A stretch of DNA of 35,351 bases, from assembly GCF_001194135.2 (NCBI RefSeq), contig NC_069006.1, positions 19,933,914 to 19,969,264 of the forward strand. The letters are read 5' to 3'. Below are positions 21,900 to 35,000 of this stretch, one piece after another. Under the pieces are notes generated by a model. The model did no database searches, was not told the origin of the DNA, and was given only the letters and a program-made list of their open reading frames with translations. Position 1 is the stretch's first letter. Each line of letters opens with the position of its first letter. This stretch comes from Octopus bimaculoides (Eukaryota). A program made the position numbers and the translations under genes.

Positions 21900-22348
21900 A
21901 TTTTGTTTAAAAGAGTTCCAACACTGTCTGTTTTTTATGTTTTATTTATATTCCTGCAGAACCAATGTGAGGTATAGAATATGGAATATACAATATATAA
22001 TATAAAATAAAAATGGATGGCACCATGAAATAAAGTATTGAATGTAGATGAAATATTGAGTGTTCAATATAAAGGATCAAATATATAAATATATATATAC
22101 ATATATATATATATATAAAGAGAATTGGAAAATAGAGACAAACTCACAAGATGTGATTGAAATCATTTATATAACCGACATATGTTTCGGTGGATACATT
22201 AAAATTAATACAGGAGGAAAAATAAGGTGGAATAACAGTGTTCATTAGTAAACATGGTTTATTAATGAACACTGTTATTTATAATATCCACTCTGATGAG
22301 ATTGATACATTAGTCTCCTGGCAAACAATATTTTTAGACCCAGTCCGC

Positions 22349-22379
<31 letters not shown>

Positions 22380-23364
22380 AAGCAAATAATAAGGATGTCC
22401 AGGTATCAGTGCATTACGGTTGTTTCAAGCAGCTTCATTTAATCGATCAATGCAAACATTACATCAATTTAGCACAGCTACTAAGCATTTCGCCCAGTGT
22501 GTGCCAATGAACCTGCTAGCTAGCCACCATTGATATATATTGAAATCAATATAATAATAATTGTTTTTTATATCTGTATGAACATGGACATTATGTATAT
22601 ATTGTTAAAGGTGGTGAACTGGCAAAACTGATGGCATACCGAACAAAATGCTTAGTGACTTTTCATCCATTATTATGTTCTGAGTTCAAATTCTGTCATG
22701 GCCATTACTGTCTCAAGTTTTAGGACTCATAGGGACAAGTTACCTAGTGTCCATAATGAATAAGTGGCCAAAATCACATTTTCCTTGAACAGGACACCAT
22801 TCCATTGCAGAATTACCTATTTACAGCTGAGTGGACTGGGCCAATAGGAAATTAAGTGTTTTGCTCAAGAACATAATGCACCGCCCAGTCCAGGAATCGA
22901 AACCATGGTCCAAAAGGATGGAAGGAAAAGTCAACCTTGGTGGAGTTTGAACTCAGAGCTCAAAGGTTCAGGAAAAAAGAAAATACTACAAAGCATTCTG
23001 CTCTAACAACCCTGCTACTCCCTCTGATAAGGCTAGTGAATTAGAATCTTCTTCTTCTTCAGAACCACCACCACCACCACCACCACCACCATTGTTCTCT
23101 TTACCTTCCCATTCACAACATAATCAGCACTATAACTGTAACCTGTCCATCTAACTGTCATCTCCTCCTCCTCCCTTCATTGTTTGTGATAAAAGTCTTT
23201 TTTCCTGCTGACATGTGTTAGACACATATTAAAAATATAAACTGGAACATGTCATGTTTTATACATTGAACTCAGAACCCCAAGTTGACCTCTCAGATAG
23301 ATGAGCCATACATCATCATCATCATCCAAACACACACACATATATACTCATATATATATATATA

Positions 23365-24108
23365 TACTCTTTTACTTGTTTCAGTCATTTGACTGCAGCC
23401 ATGCTGGAGCACCGCCTTTAGTTGAGCAAATCGACCCCAGGACTTATTCTTTGTAAGCCTAGTACTTATTCTAACGGCCTCTTTTGCCGAGCCGCTAAGT
23501 TACGGGGACGTAAACACACCAACATCAGTTCTCAAGCGATGTTGGGGGGGGGGACAAACACAGACACACAAACACACACACACACACACATATATATATA
23601 CATATACATGACGGGCTTCTTTAAGTTTCCGTCTACCAAATCCACTCACAAGGCTTTGGTCGGCCTGAGGCTTTAGTAGAAGACACTTGCCCAAGGTGCC
23701 ACACAGTGGGACTGAACCCGGAACCATTCTTTTATTCTTTTACTTATTTCAGTTATTTTCTGTGGCCATGCTGGAGCATCGCAGACAAATTGACCCCTAG
23801 GACTTATTTTTTAAACCTTGTACTTATTCTATTGGTTTCTTTTGCCCAACCGCAAAGTTACGGGGACGTAAACAAACCAACACCGGTTGTCAAACGGTGG
23901 TGGGTGTGGCAAACTGACACAAAGACACACACACACCTACATATACGTGACGGGCTTCTTCCAGTTTCCGTCTACCAAATCCACTCACAAGTCTTGGTCG
24001 ACCAGATGCTATAGTAGAAGACACTTTGGCTCGTATGCCACGCAGTGGGACTGAACCCAGAACCGTGTGGTTAGGAAGCAACGCTTCTCACTACAAAACC
24101 ATGCTTGT
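23365..24108 (-). mobile_element. Two tandem near-full-length family A SINEs
   Basis: 23365-23727 and about 23733-24108 share the head (gtcccactg..ggcaccttgggcaagtgtcttctact), (GT)n middle and tail (gctccagcatggc..gactgaaacaagtaaaagag). Confidence 0.85.
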
Positions 24109-24439
24109 GGCAAAATCCGGTTCAATTTTACGCCTACTCACTCTCGCTCGCAAGAATTAAATCTCCAAGAAGAAAACACTTGGCCAAAGTACGATGCAAG
24201 GGGATTGATCCCGGAACTACGTGGTTGCGAAACGAACGTCTTAACCACGCAGCCAAATCATGTGGGTGAAACTCTTTGTGCTGTCCCTGACGCCCAGATA
24301 TGTTAGTCATAGTGAGAAAATGATTCGATTCTATAAAATAGAAGCAGAATGTTTAATATGGTAGCTATCTTTAGATGATATAAAACTAAAAGAAGATTAA
24401 TTCAATTTTTTTTTTTTTGGTTTCTTTCTCGTGTTTCAA

Positions 24440-24790
24440 TGAATTATGTGTTCAGTAGTGCGCATGTCCTTACTAACCGGAAGTAGCGTGTCCACTGCTA
24501 AGTCACATTCTTGTTTTAGGTTCGAGTCGAAGATCCAACCTTGTTTTGCTTGGTTTCTCTTCTACATCTGGCCTCTATTAATCTCTCGTCAGCTTTCTCG
24601 CTATCCTAATAACCGGACAGAAACAGGTAGAACTTGTTATACCTGAGTGTATCGCAAGATTCTCCTCCTGAAAGTTGGCAAACTGAATCGACGAAAGAGA
24701 ATTTGAGAAGGAAAACACGCAATGTTGGCCAAACATCAGAACCAGGAGGAAAGTTAAAGTAAGGACACACCGAACACCTCGAGCAACACG
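24440..24790 (+). promoter_or_regulatory. CpG-enriched probable DDI promoter and 5'UTR exon
   Basis: ETS-type CCGGAAGT at about 24478 and locally high CpG. Donor AAA|GTAAGG at 24759 with candidate acceptor ...gttggtgaag at 24990. Confidence 0.45.
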
Positions 24791-25006
24791 TTTACTTTTT
24801 TATATATATCAAGAATAATCTTCACTATTTCTATTAGAGAAGACAGAAATTATAACGGGTTAGAGTAATGCGCCATACACACATGTATATACGTAACCAT
24901 ACGTTTATGTATATATAGATATAGTTGTTGTTTACTAATATATTATATATTTATGTATATATGTATTGTTTATTTTGTATGTTGGTGAAGCGAATGAACT
25001 GTAAAA

Positions 25007-25310
25007 ATGCAGGTGACGGTCACAACTTTATCGGACAAAGTATTCACTATTGAAGTTAGCGAAGACTTGGAACTAGAAAACTTTAAAGCGCTCTGTGAAT
25101 TCGAAACCGGTATTCCGGCCAAGGAAACTGCAATTCTCCTGAATGGTAGGCCTTTACGCGATGATAAAGCCAGCTTAAAAAGCTATGGAATCGGACATAA
25201 TGATATCTTACTTCTGCAGCATATGCGAGGGGTGACAGGTCTCACCCTCCCGACCAATACTCCGTTTTCGGCGAACACATCTCAAAGATCACCTGCACAC
25301 GGGGGACCAG
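25007..25310 (+). CDS. DDI2: DDI exon, ubiquitin-like domain
   Basis: aaaaATG start, UBL sequence, donor CAG|GTAAAT. Confidence 0.93.
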
Positions 25311-28300
25311 GTAAATGAACTATTTTTGTTTTTCATTGTTTATTGTTGTTTTTATTATGTGATGATAATTTTATTGGTATGGAGGGCCCAGTTGGTTGAT
25401 AGAATGTTGTAATATCTAGTGTCCTCTTTATATGTTCTTAGTTCAAATCTCAATTAGAGTCGATTTTACCTTTCAAAATGCAAAACGTCGATATCCGTCG
25501 TGTCTGTCCCCTGCAACAATTGGTCTTGTGTCTCTACTCGACAGAAATCAATAATTCTCTTGATCAGCTTTGCTAAATACAGCTGTGTGTTTAACCAAAG
25601 AAATTATTTTAGTTACTGTTGTCTCTACGAAACTTCCAACGTTAGATCGATACCAACCTAAAAACATCTAGGTTGGTATAGTAACTAATACTTTTATCTC
25701 GTGTATGTGTGTATTATATATATATATATATATATATATAGGGTGTGTAATAGTGATCTATATATACTCGGTGATATTCCATTATACACCCCAATCTTTC
25801 ACGACGAAAGTGCTTAGCTGAGTTTATGAAAGTTTCTGATGAAATTAAATTACTTTAAACCATTTCGAAAACAAAAAAAAAGTCTTTACTCTGTTTTGTT
25901 TATTCCTTGCTATTATTATTTGTCAATTCTCTCTAGAAAGTTCCATTGGACTTCTTCCTTTATACCGTTTGATCTTCTATGTGTGTGACTCAGCCTTCAA
26001 TTATTACTCACTTCTCCACCGTTCCTGGTACACACACTTTACACTTCACGTGATGTGTAGTAAAACAAGGTACCCCTCCTCTTTAGAGAAGCGTGTTGAT
26101 GAATCTCATTATCATTATACATTATTTTACTTGTACTTTCACGAAAACATTTCTTTTAGCAGTGACCTATCTAAGAACATGTTCTGGTTTACAACAGCTG
26201 ATAGATAGCAGGAGACGATCTTGGGTTTAAAAATAGGTTTCATTCAAACTGCTTCATTCACTCATTTTGCTACAGGGAACTTTTTTTAAAATCTTTTTTA
26301 AACAGCAACAACTTGAAAACAAAGTATTTTAATTATACCTCAAACTAATTAATTGTGGTTTATTCCAAACTCCTCTTGGTTATATTTACTTGCAGGTGAT
26401 CTTTCGAAGTTTAATTCTTTCATAATTAAACTGCGATTTGAGAAACAGCTCTTAATTACATTTTAGTGAGAAAATAACTTTGTTATAATTAATGTTAGGC
26501 TAAACTGAATCCGTGAGAGATTTGTAACTCAAACAATTTCACTCTTGTCATTAAATTGGTGACTGTTAGTAGATCCAGCTGTTGTTATTTAACCCCAGGT
26601 CAACTCTGACTGACCAGGCCCATGACAAAAAGTGTTCCAGTCATGACCACCTCGTAAGGGTTTTTATTAATTTTTTTCCAGATCTATAATGAATTGTCCA
26701 ATGTGTTATCTTTAATGACACTAGGATGTAAGTTGATGGAGATTTGGCTGCTATTTTTAGCAGATCAAGTGATCACTTTAAACCAAGTATTAACAACCTT
26801 TTTCGAGAAGCGGGCCGCCTGAAATACGGCTCATTAGGCGGGCCGCACTACTAAAAAAAAAAAAAAAAATTTCAAGGTAATGTTTCATTGGCGTGATAAC
26901 CAGAAAGTCCCGCAGACTGCTGTTTGCCCATGACCCCACTTCGACGTTCGTCACCCAGTTCGTTGATGTGTGTCCGTTTGTTTCCTCTTTAAACTTGCTT
27001 TTGATGTTACCCAAACACCCTACGGTTAAGATACAGTTAAGAACCTTTTGTCATCTCTCAGAAATGTGTCTTGTTTTTATTCCGTTATATCAATAAGCAG
27101 TGGTTGTGATGACCGCAAGATGTTGATTGCTGGGACCGAAGAATGAATGTAGGTAGGATATTAACGCATCCCGATCACAGTTAGAGCAGCAGTTTTAAAG
27201 CGCCACTAAATTCTGTTATCTTCCATACCACTGTATAGTTTTGAAGATATGTGGCACCACCCAAGGTCTGTGATAACGATATAACTATGGATTACGATTA
27301 TACCGTATTTTCTCGTATATAAGTTGCACCCCTGATTTAGTGTTATTTATAGCTTGGTACAATTTTTTTCTTTTCAGTCTTAGCTTTACCCCCGTGTATT
27401 AATCGCATCCCAGTTCTTTTATTCCGTTAAAATCAAGTATAAAATAGTGGGACTTCTGTATAATTACGATAACTTACGAAAGCAATCGTACTTTTATTTA
27501 TTCTTAAGAAGATTTATCATGTGTGGTAAATGGTACTGAAGAAAATTGCCCACAGACGAAAACCAGCTAGCTGGATGGAAAAGGGCCTGTTTATAAGATC
27601 CTTCCACTCTGAGCGTGTAAACTGGGTTATTTCCCGTGTTAAAAAAAATAATTCTCTTTGTTTAAGTCTTGCTTGCTGGACTTGTTCATCATAATTGAAT
27701 AATAAAGTTTTTGTCACCTATTCAGGTCATTTTGCATACTATCACTCACAACATTCAGGTCTTTGTTTTTCTGATCGAATCTTGCAAACTGACATGGAGT
27801 TTTATTGAAGTAGATTTAAAGGGAATTAGATGATAGTCGTGAAGTAGATCTGCTACAGGTTGTTGTCTTTTATCGTTGGCTTGTTTCAGTTATATTAGAC
27901 TGAGGCCATGCTGGTGCAACGCCTCAGAATTTACAGTCGAATGAATCGACCCCAGTGCTTTAAAAAAAAAAAATTTTTAAGCCTGGTACTTATTCTATAG
28001 CTCTACTTTGCCCAACCGCTGGGTTACGGGGACGTAAACACACCAACAGCAGTTGTCAAGATATGGTGGGACACAGAAACACACACACGTAAACACACCA
28101 ACACCAGTTGTCAAGCGATGGTGGGACACACAAACACACACACACGTAAACACACCAACATCGGTTGTCAAGCGATGGTGGACACACACACACACAAACA
28201 CACGACAGGCTTCTTCCAGTTTCCGTCTACCAAATCCACTCACAAGGCTCTGGTCGGCCCGAGGCTATAGTAGAAGACACTTGCCCAGGGTGTCACGCTG

Positions 28301-29019
28301 TGGGACTGAACCTGGAACCATTTAGTTGGGAAACAAACTTTCTCTACACTACAAACAACAACGCCTGCGCCTACAACGTATAANNNNNNNNNNNNNNNNN
28401 NNNNNNNNNNNNNNNNNNNNNNNNNNNNNNNNNNNNNNNNNNNNNNNNNNNNNNNNNNNNNNNNNNNNNNNNNNNNNNNNNNNNNNNNNNNNNNNNNNNN
28501 NNNNNNNNNNNNNNNNNNNNNNNNNNNNNNNNNNNNNNNNNNNNNNNNNNNNNNNNNNNNNNNNNNNNNNNNNNNNNNNNNNNNNNNNNNNNNNNNNNNN
28601 NNNNNNNNNNNNNNNNNNNNNNNNNNNNNNNNNNNNNNNNNNNNNNNNNNNNNNNNNNNNNNNNNNNNNNNNNNNNNNNNNNNNNNNNNNNNNNNNNNNN
28701 NNNNNNNNNNNNNNNNNNNNNNNNNNNNNNNNNNNNNNNNNNNNNNNNNNNNNNNNNNNNNNNNNNNNNNNNNNNNNNNNNNNNNNNNNNNNNNNNNNNN
28801 NNNNNNNNNNNNNNNNNNNNNNNNNNNNNNNNNNNNNNNNNNNNNNNNNNNNNNNNNNNNNNNNNNNNNNNNNNNNNNNNNNNNNNNNNNNNNNNNNNNN
28901 NNNNNNNNNNNNNNNNNNNNNNNNNAAGCCTGGTACTTACTCTGTTGGTCTGTATTGCCGAACTGCTAATGTGATAGGGATTTAAACAAACCAACACCAG
29001 TTGTCAAGCAGTGGTAAAG

Positions 29020-29063
<44 letters not shown>

Positions 29064-32025
29064 GAGTGAAAGAGAGAGAGAGTGTCAACAGATGAGATCC
29101 AGAGATTCTCAATATAGAAAACTACTGCTCAAATGATTTGAATTTACACTCTGAAACCTTTACTAAGGGCCTAGTCATTCAGTGGAACCGAACCCAAAAC
29201 CTTATGGTTGGGAAGCAAACTTCTTACCACAGCCACACCAGAAACCTATCATCTCTCACCAGAAAAATAGTTTCAAACATGACATTCCTCAGCAAAAGGA
29301 AAATTACAATATAAAACTGCTTTCTTCAGTCAAGGGTTACGAAATTTTGAGTGGATGCGTCTAGGACATTTACCCCCCCCCCAGGGACAATTACCCCTGA
29401 GGACAACAGATGATGATTTTAAAATTCTTAATATATTGGAGAGGGGGTAATTAACCAAGAGATGCGGTTGTCCTACCAGGGTAATTGTCCTGATACGGAG
29501 TGGAAATATCTAATTTCCAAAATAAAAGGTTTAATTGTCTAAATTGCTATCTACAGCCACATTATTTGTTCTTGTAACTGCAAAACATCGTTAATTTAGT
29601 AAATTAATTTCACTAATCAGTAATTGCAGTGTTTTATCAATGAATCTGTAAAATGGCATCTGTTATTTGGTGTATAAATGTTAGTGACTGTTTTTAATAT
29701 GATGAATATCTGTTGTCAGTTCGTGCATAGATATGTACAACTCGTTAAGATTAAAAGTGTTTCTTAAACAGAGAAATTAATACTGAGATATTCATAATCC
29801 CCATTTCTACAATAATACCAGTTAAGTAGATTTGTCTAGTATTGACAGCTAGGTAACTAGTTGGCAAGTGTGTTGTCGTTAATCCTGGTTTGTTATTAAT
29901 GCAAGATATTTTAAACGTCTGTCTAATTATTGTTTTGATATTACTGTTAATATTATTAAAGTGGCAATCTGGCAGAATTGTTAGCACGCCAGGCAGAATG
30001 CTTAGTGGCATTCGGTTTTCATGTTCTGAGTTCAAATTCCACCGAGGTCAACTTTGCTGTTCATTTTTCTGGGGGGGTCGATAAAATAAGTACCAGTTGA
30101 ACACTGGGGTTGATTACATTGACTTACCCTCTCCCACAAAATTGCTGGCCTTGTGCCAAAATTTGAAACCAGTATTAAATAAGCACTGAAAGTGGCTAGC
30201 TGGCAGAATCATTAGCATGCAGGGGAAAAATGCTTAGTGGAATGCCATCCATGTTCACATTCTGAGTTCAAATTCTGCTGAGATCAGATTTGCCTTTCAT
30301 CCTTTTAGGGTTGATAAATTAAGTACCAGTTGAACACTGGGGTTGATTACATTGACTTACTTCTCCCCCAAAATTGCTGGCCTTGTGACAGAAATTTAAA
30401 TCTGATATTATTACATTCTGACCTCCTTTATTTTCTAACAACCCTAATGGCATGTCCCTAAATACATTTAAATAGTGAGCGCTATAAAGCAACAACTTCA
30501 CAACTTCTACTGTATTACACTGTTTCTCTGCTTTGAGTCAACAAGAGATTCTGTGCATGGCCTTCTATCTGTTAGAAATAACAGCTAAATCTCCCTTGAC
30601 ATGTACTCTGTCTTTGGAAAAGTGCCAGTTAAATACTTGGGTCAAGGAAATTGACTAGCCCCCCTCCCAGTAAAGATTTCAAGCCTTGTGCCTATAGCAG
30701 GAAGGATTGCTTTGATATCACAAGACTTAGTATTGATTTGTTTTATCACAATGGTGATCATTGTTTGCGAGATCACAACACTGGTCATTGTTTGTCATAC
30801 CACAATACCAAGCATTATTTAAGATATCAGAATGACTCTGAAGAACAGATATGACTTATGGCCACTTCAGTCGGTAATTTTAACATGCCCATGCCAGCAT
30901 GGAAAAAGGATGTTAAATGATAATTGATGATAATCTACCATATTTACTTGTGTAAGTCATACTGTTAATTTTGTGACTCACACATGAGTAAATCTATAAT
31001 GATTCTTTCTACTATAGGCACAAGGCCTGAAATTTTGGGGGAGGGACTAAATTGATGACATCAACCCCAGTGCATAACTGGTACTTATTTCATCGACCCC
31101 CGAAAGGATGAAAGGCAAAGTCGACCTCGGTGGGATTTGAACTCAGCATGTAAAGACAGGTGAAATACCACTAAGCATTTTGCCCAGCATGCTAACGATT
31201 CTGCCAGCTTGCTACTGTCTTTAATAATAAATGCAAAATTCTGTCTGTCTGTCTGGGACCCCTGTGTCTCAGTCTACATTTGCTCTACACAGACATATTA
31301 TACCTTTTTGGAATCGGGATGATCACGGGATCGAAAATATACCCTTTATTTGGTTCTTGAACATCCCAGCATTGAGTTCAGATCTAAATGAGGATTTGTT
31401 ATATGCTAACAGTTGAAAATTCAAATTTTAAAAGAACTCCCAAAATTTGTGAACTTACAAGTTTTTTATTGAAACTGAATTTAAAGTAATACAATATTGG
31501 TAGGGTACCAATAAATGCTTTATTATTAAAGCTCTCTTTAGTTTGGGGCTGCAGACCCAATTAGCCCTCTGCAGGAGCTAGCTTAAAAATCTGCACAGAG
31601 CGTGACTTTTAACCTAGTACTGTATGTATGTAAGTACTATATTTACTAGTGTATAAGTCACACCCACTAATCTAGTATTAAATTTTGATACCAAATTTTA
31701 TTCCCTCTCATTTTATCCTTGCCCTGTGTGTAAGTCACACTCCCAGTTTTTTCAAGTATAAAATAGTGCTACTTATACACAAATAAATACAGATTAGGAC
31801 CCGGCCCATACAGGCCATAAGCACCTAAAAGATTTCGGTGTCCCCATGAGCAAGACACTTTATTTCATGTTGCTCCAGTTCACTCAGCTGTAGAGATGAG
31901 TTGTGGCATTACTGGTGCCAAGCTGTGTTAGCCTTTGCCTTTCCTTTGGACAGCATCAATTGTATAGCGAGGGGAGGCTGGTATGCATGGGTGACTGCTG
32001 GTCTTCCATAAGCAACTTTGCCCAG

Positions 32026-32075
<50 letters not shown>

Positions 32076-35000
32076 NNNNNNNNNNNNNNNNNNNNNNNNN
32101 NNNNNNNNNNNNNNNNNNNNNNNNNNNNNNNNNNNNNNNNNNNNNNNNNNNNNNNNNNNNNNNNNNNNNNNNNNNNNNNNNNNNNNNNNNNNNNNNNNNN
32201 NNNNNNNNNNNNNNNNNNNNNNNNNNNNNNNNNNNNNNNNNNNNNNNNNNNNNNNNNNNNNNNNNNNNCTCTGTCTCCTGTTTCTGAAGAAGAGCTTTGC
32301 TCAAAACATAAAACTACCTTTCTTTCCTTATATAATCACCTGATTTATTATCTATTAGACCATTTTTTTTTTTTTTTTTTTTCCCCTTTCAGGATCAGCT
32401 CCTGTGATTGATTTTGGCAGTATCCAGATCCCTGGGGTTGGCCCTTTGCCCCAAGCATCTATTGGGGGACAGTCAACCAGCCAAGGTCATGGAGGTGGCG
32501 CAAGTTTCATGGATGATCCCAAAGTTGTGAGAGATATGTTCCTCAATAACCCACACGAACTGGCTCTGCTGAAGGAAAGAAACCCTCCTTTAGCTGAAGC
32601 TTTGGTTAGCGGAAGTTTAGGTATGGAGACTGTTTCTCTTTGAATTTCCTTAATGTTTTCCTGCTCCAACTCTTTAGCATTTAAACTGGTCATGCCAGGC
32701 CAAAATATCCTACCTGTTTTATGTTTAGATCTTCCAAATCTTGCCTCTCACACCTACCCTACAATTCTGAAAATAAGCAATTACATCATTAAAATCTCAG
32801 AGCTGCAACATTATGCATGATTAATTCAAAACAATAAGAATAGATAAGCATTACATTTGGGTATTTTAATAGAAATATGTTAATAAAAAAGTTAAACAGC
32901 TCTTCTTATTCTTAATGTTATAGTTTTTCCAAGTCTATTTTACCAAAACATTTCATTGTTTTTGTTTTTGATTTGCAGAAAAATTTTCTGAAGTGTTTCG
33001 CCAACAGCAGAGTGAAAGAATGGAAAAGGCCCAGGAACGCATGCGTCTTATGTCAGCTAACCCTTTTAGCCCTGAAGTTCAGAAAATGATAGCTGAAGAA
33101 ATTCGGTAAGTAAATGATTTCTAGAGGGCTACAACTAGCTGGAGTACCAGGCCATACTTGTGTCACATAACTAGTACGTAAAAATGTTGGGCAGTATGCT
33201 ATGCTTGAGAAGACCTGTCAAGCCAAGTGAAATCATAGTCGTGGTCAATGCCAGTGCTATCTGACTGGCGTGTAAAGGGCATTATTTGAGTGTTGGGCTT
33301 TACGAAAACAGTGGCAAGTGACTGAGACCTCTGGTGATACACCGTACTTGTGTGGACCTGTCAAGCTAAGTGAGATCATAGTCATGGCCGATGCCAGTGT
33401 CACATCAATGGCACCTGTGCCAGTGGCACGTAAAAAGCACTCGCTGCACACTTGGAGTGATTGGCATTAGGAAGGGCGTCTAGCCTTAGAAACCTTGTCA
33501 GATCAAATTGAAACCTGGTGCAGCTCCCCACCTTACCAGTTTTTAGTCAAACTGTCCAACCCATGCCAGAATGGAAAGCGGATATTAAATGATGATGATG
33601 GTGATGATGATTCTCTGTGTGTATTACATACAGGTATGTGGCTAAGTGGTTAGGGTGTGACATTCATGATTGTAAGATTGTGGTTTCGATTTCTAAACTG
33701 AGCAAAATTATATGAATGGCTAGTGGGGCCCACCAGAATGAAATAGTAATCAAAGGGGTCCTTAGATAAAAAAAATGGTTGAGAACCTGAAGAAATTTTT
33801 GCTGTAGATGTATTTATTGGTATATATTGCAAGAAATGGCTAATTTTCTTTCTCTAACATTTTACATAGTTCAACCTACACAAGTTAATGGGTGAAAAAC
33901 AAAATAGGAATTTTGAAAGAGGTTTCTATAAAATTAGTTTTTAAGCATCAAATGGCTATGGGACATAATAGTAAACGAAGGGGTCCTTAGTTAAAAAGTG
34001 TTTGAGAACTATTGCTCTAGATGTTTGCTGCTAATTTCAATTTTTAAACTAATTTCATATTTTACTTTTGCAGATTGAAAAATGTAGAAACTAACATGGA
34101 GACAGCAATGGAGTTTGCCCCTGAAAGTTTCGGTCAAGTCCACATGTTATACATTGATTGCAATGTTAATGGTCATCCTGTGAAAGCTTTTGTTGATTCA
34201 GGTAACAGTCAAGTCTTGCTTCTTTAACCCCTTTTGTTACTATATTTCTGTTGGGAAGCACTTCTGGGCGAAATGCTTAGCGGTATTTCGTCTGCTGTAA
34301 TGTTCTGAGTTCAAATCCCGCCCAGGTCGACTTTGCCTTTCATCCTTTCGGGGTCGATAAATTAAGTACCAGTTACACACTGGGGTCGATGTAATCGACT
34401 TAATCCCTTTGTCTGTCCTTGTTTGTCCCCTCTATGTTTAGCCCCTTGTGGGCAATAAAGAAACAAGAAACATAGAAGAGAAATTAATGAGACAACTGAG
34501 TTTTACATCCTTTCATTTAAAAATCTGTCTGCAACTGATAAAGAATGCAGGGCCATGGGACCTTCTGTCACTGGTTACCACCTGGAGGTTTTGATTGGGG
34601 CTTTGGCAATGGGGAGGTTATGGAGTAACAGGCATGCCTGCACCTAATGGTTAGGAACTTTGTGGAATTATTAATTTTAAAAATTTTTTTATCTGATTCT
34701 TTAACAAACATCGAAATGTTATTTAATGTTAAACTGTATCCATTCTCTGACAGGTGCTCAAATGACTATCATGAGTCAATCATGTGCAGAACGCTGCAAC
34801 ATCATGAGGCTCGTAGACAATCGATGGGCAGGGATTGCGAAAGGTGTTGGTACACAGAAAATTATTGGAAGAGTACACTTAGGTGAGTACAAGAGTATGT
34901 TTCAGATGACATGGCTATTAAATGTTGGATTCATCAATTACTTTTTTACATCTACTAGAAGCAATCATCATCATCATGCTTAGCGGTATTTCGTCTGTCT

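Noticed and set aside
28034-28203. CRISPR-like repeat array
   Set aside because: The units are an internal SINE segment, the intervening sequence is (CA)n rather than unique spacers, and the context is eukaryotic with no cas genes.
33119-34022. hAT/Charlie element bounded by TCTAGA sites, with two ggggtcc..aaaa..tttgagaac right-end motifs (also gcgggccgc repeats at about 26790-26935)
   Set aside because: Right-end-like motifs are visible but I could not identify a matching left TIR; too decayed to delimit.
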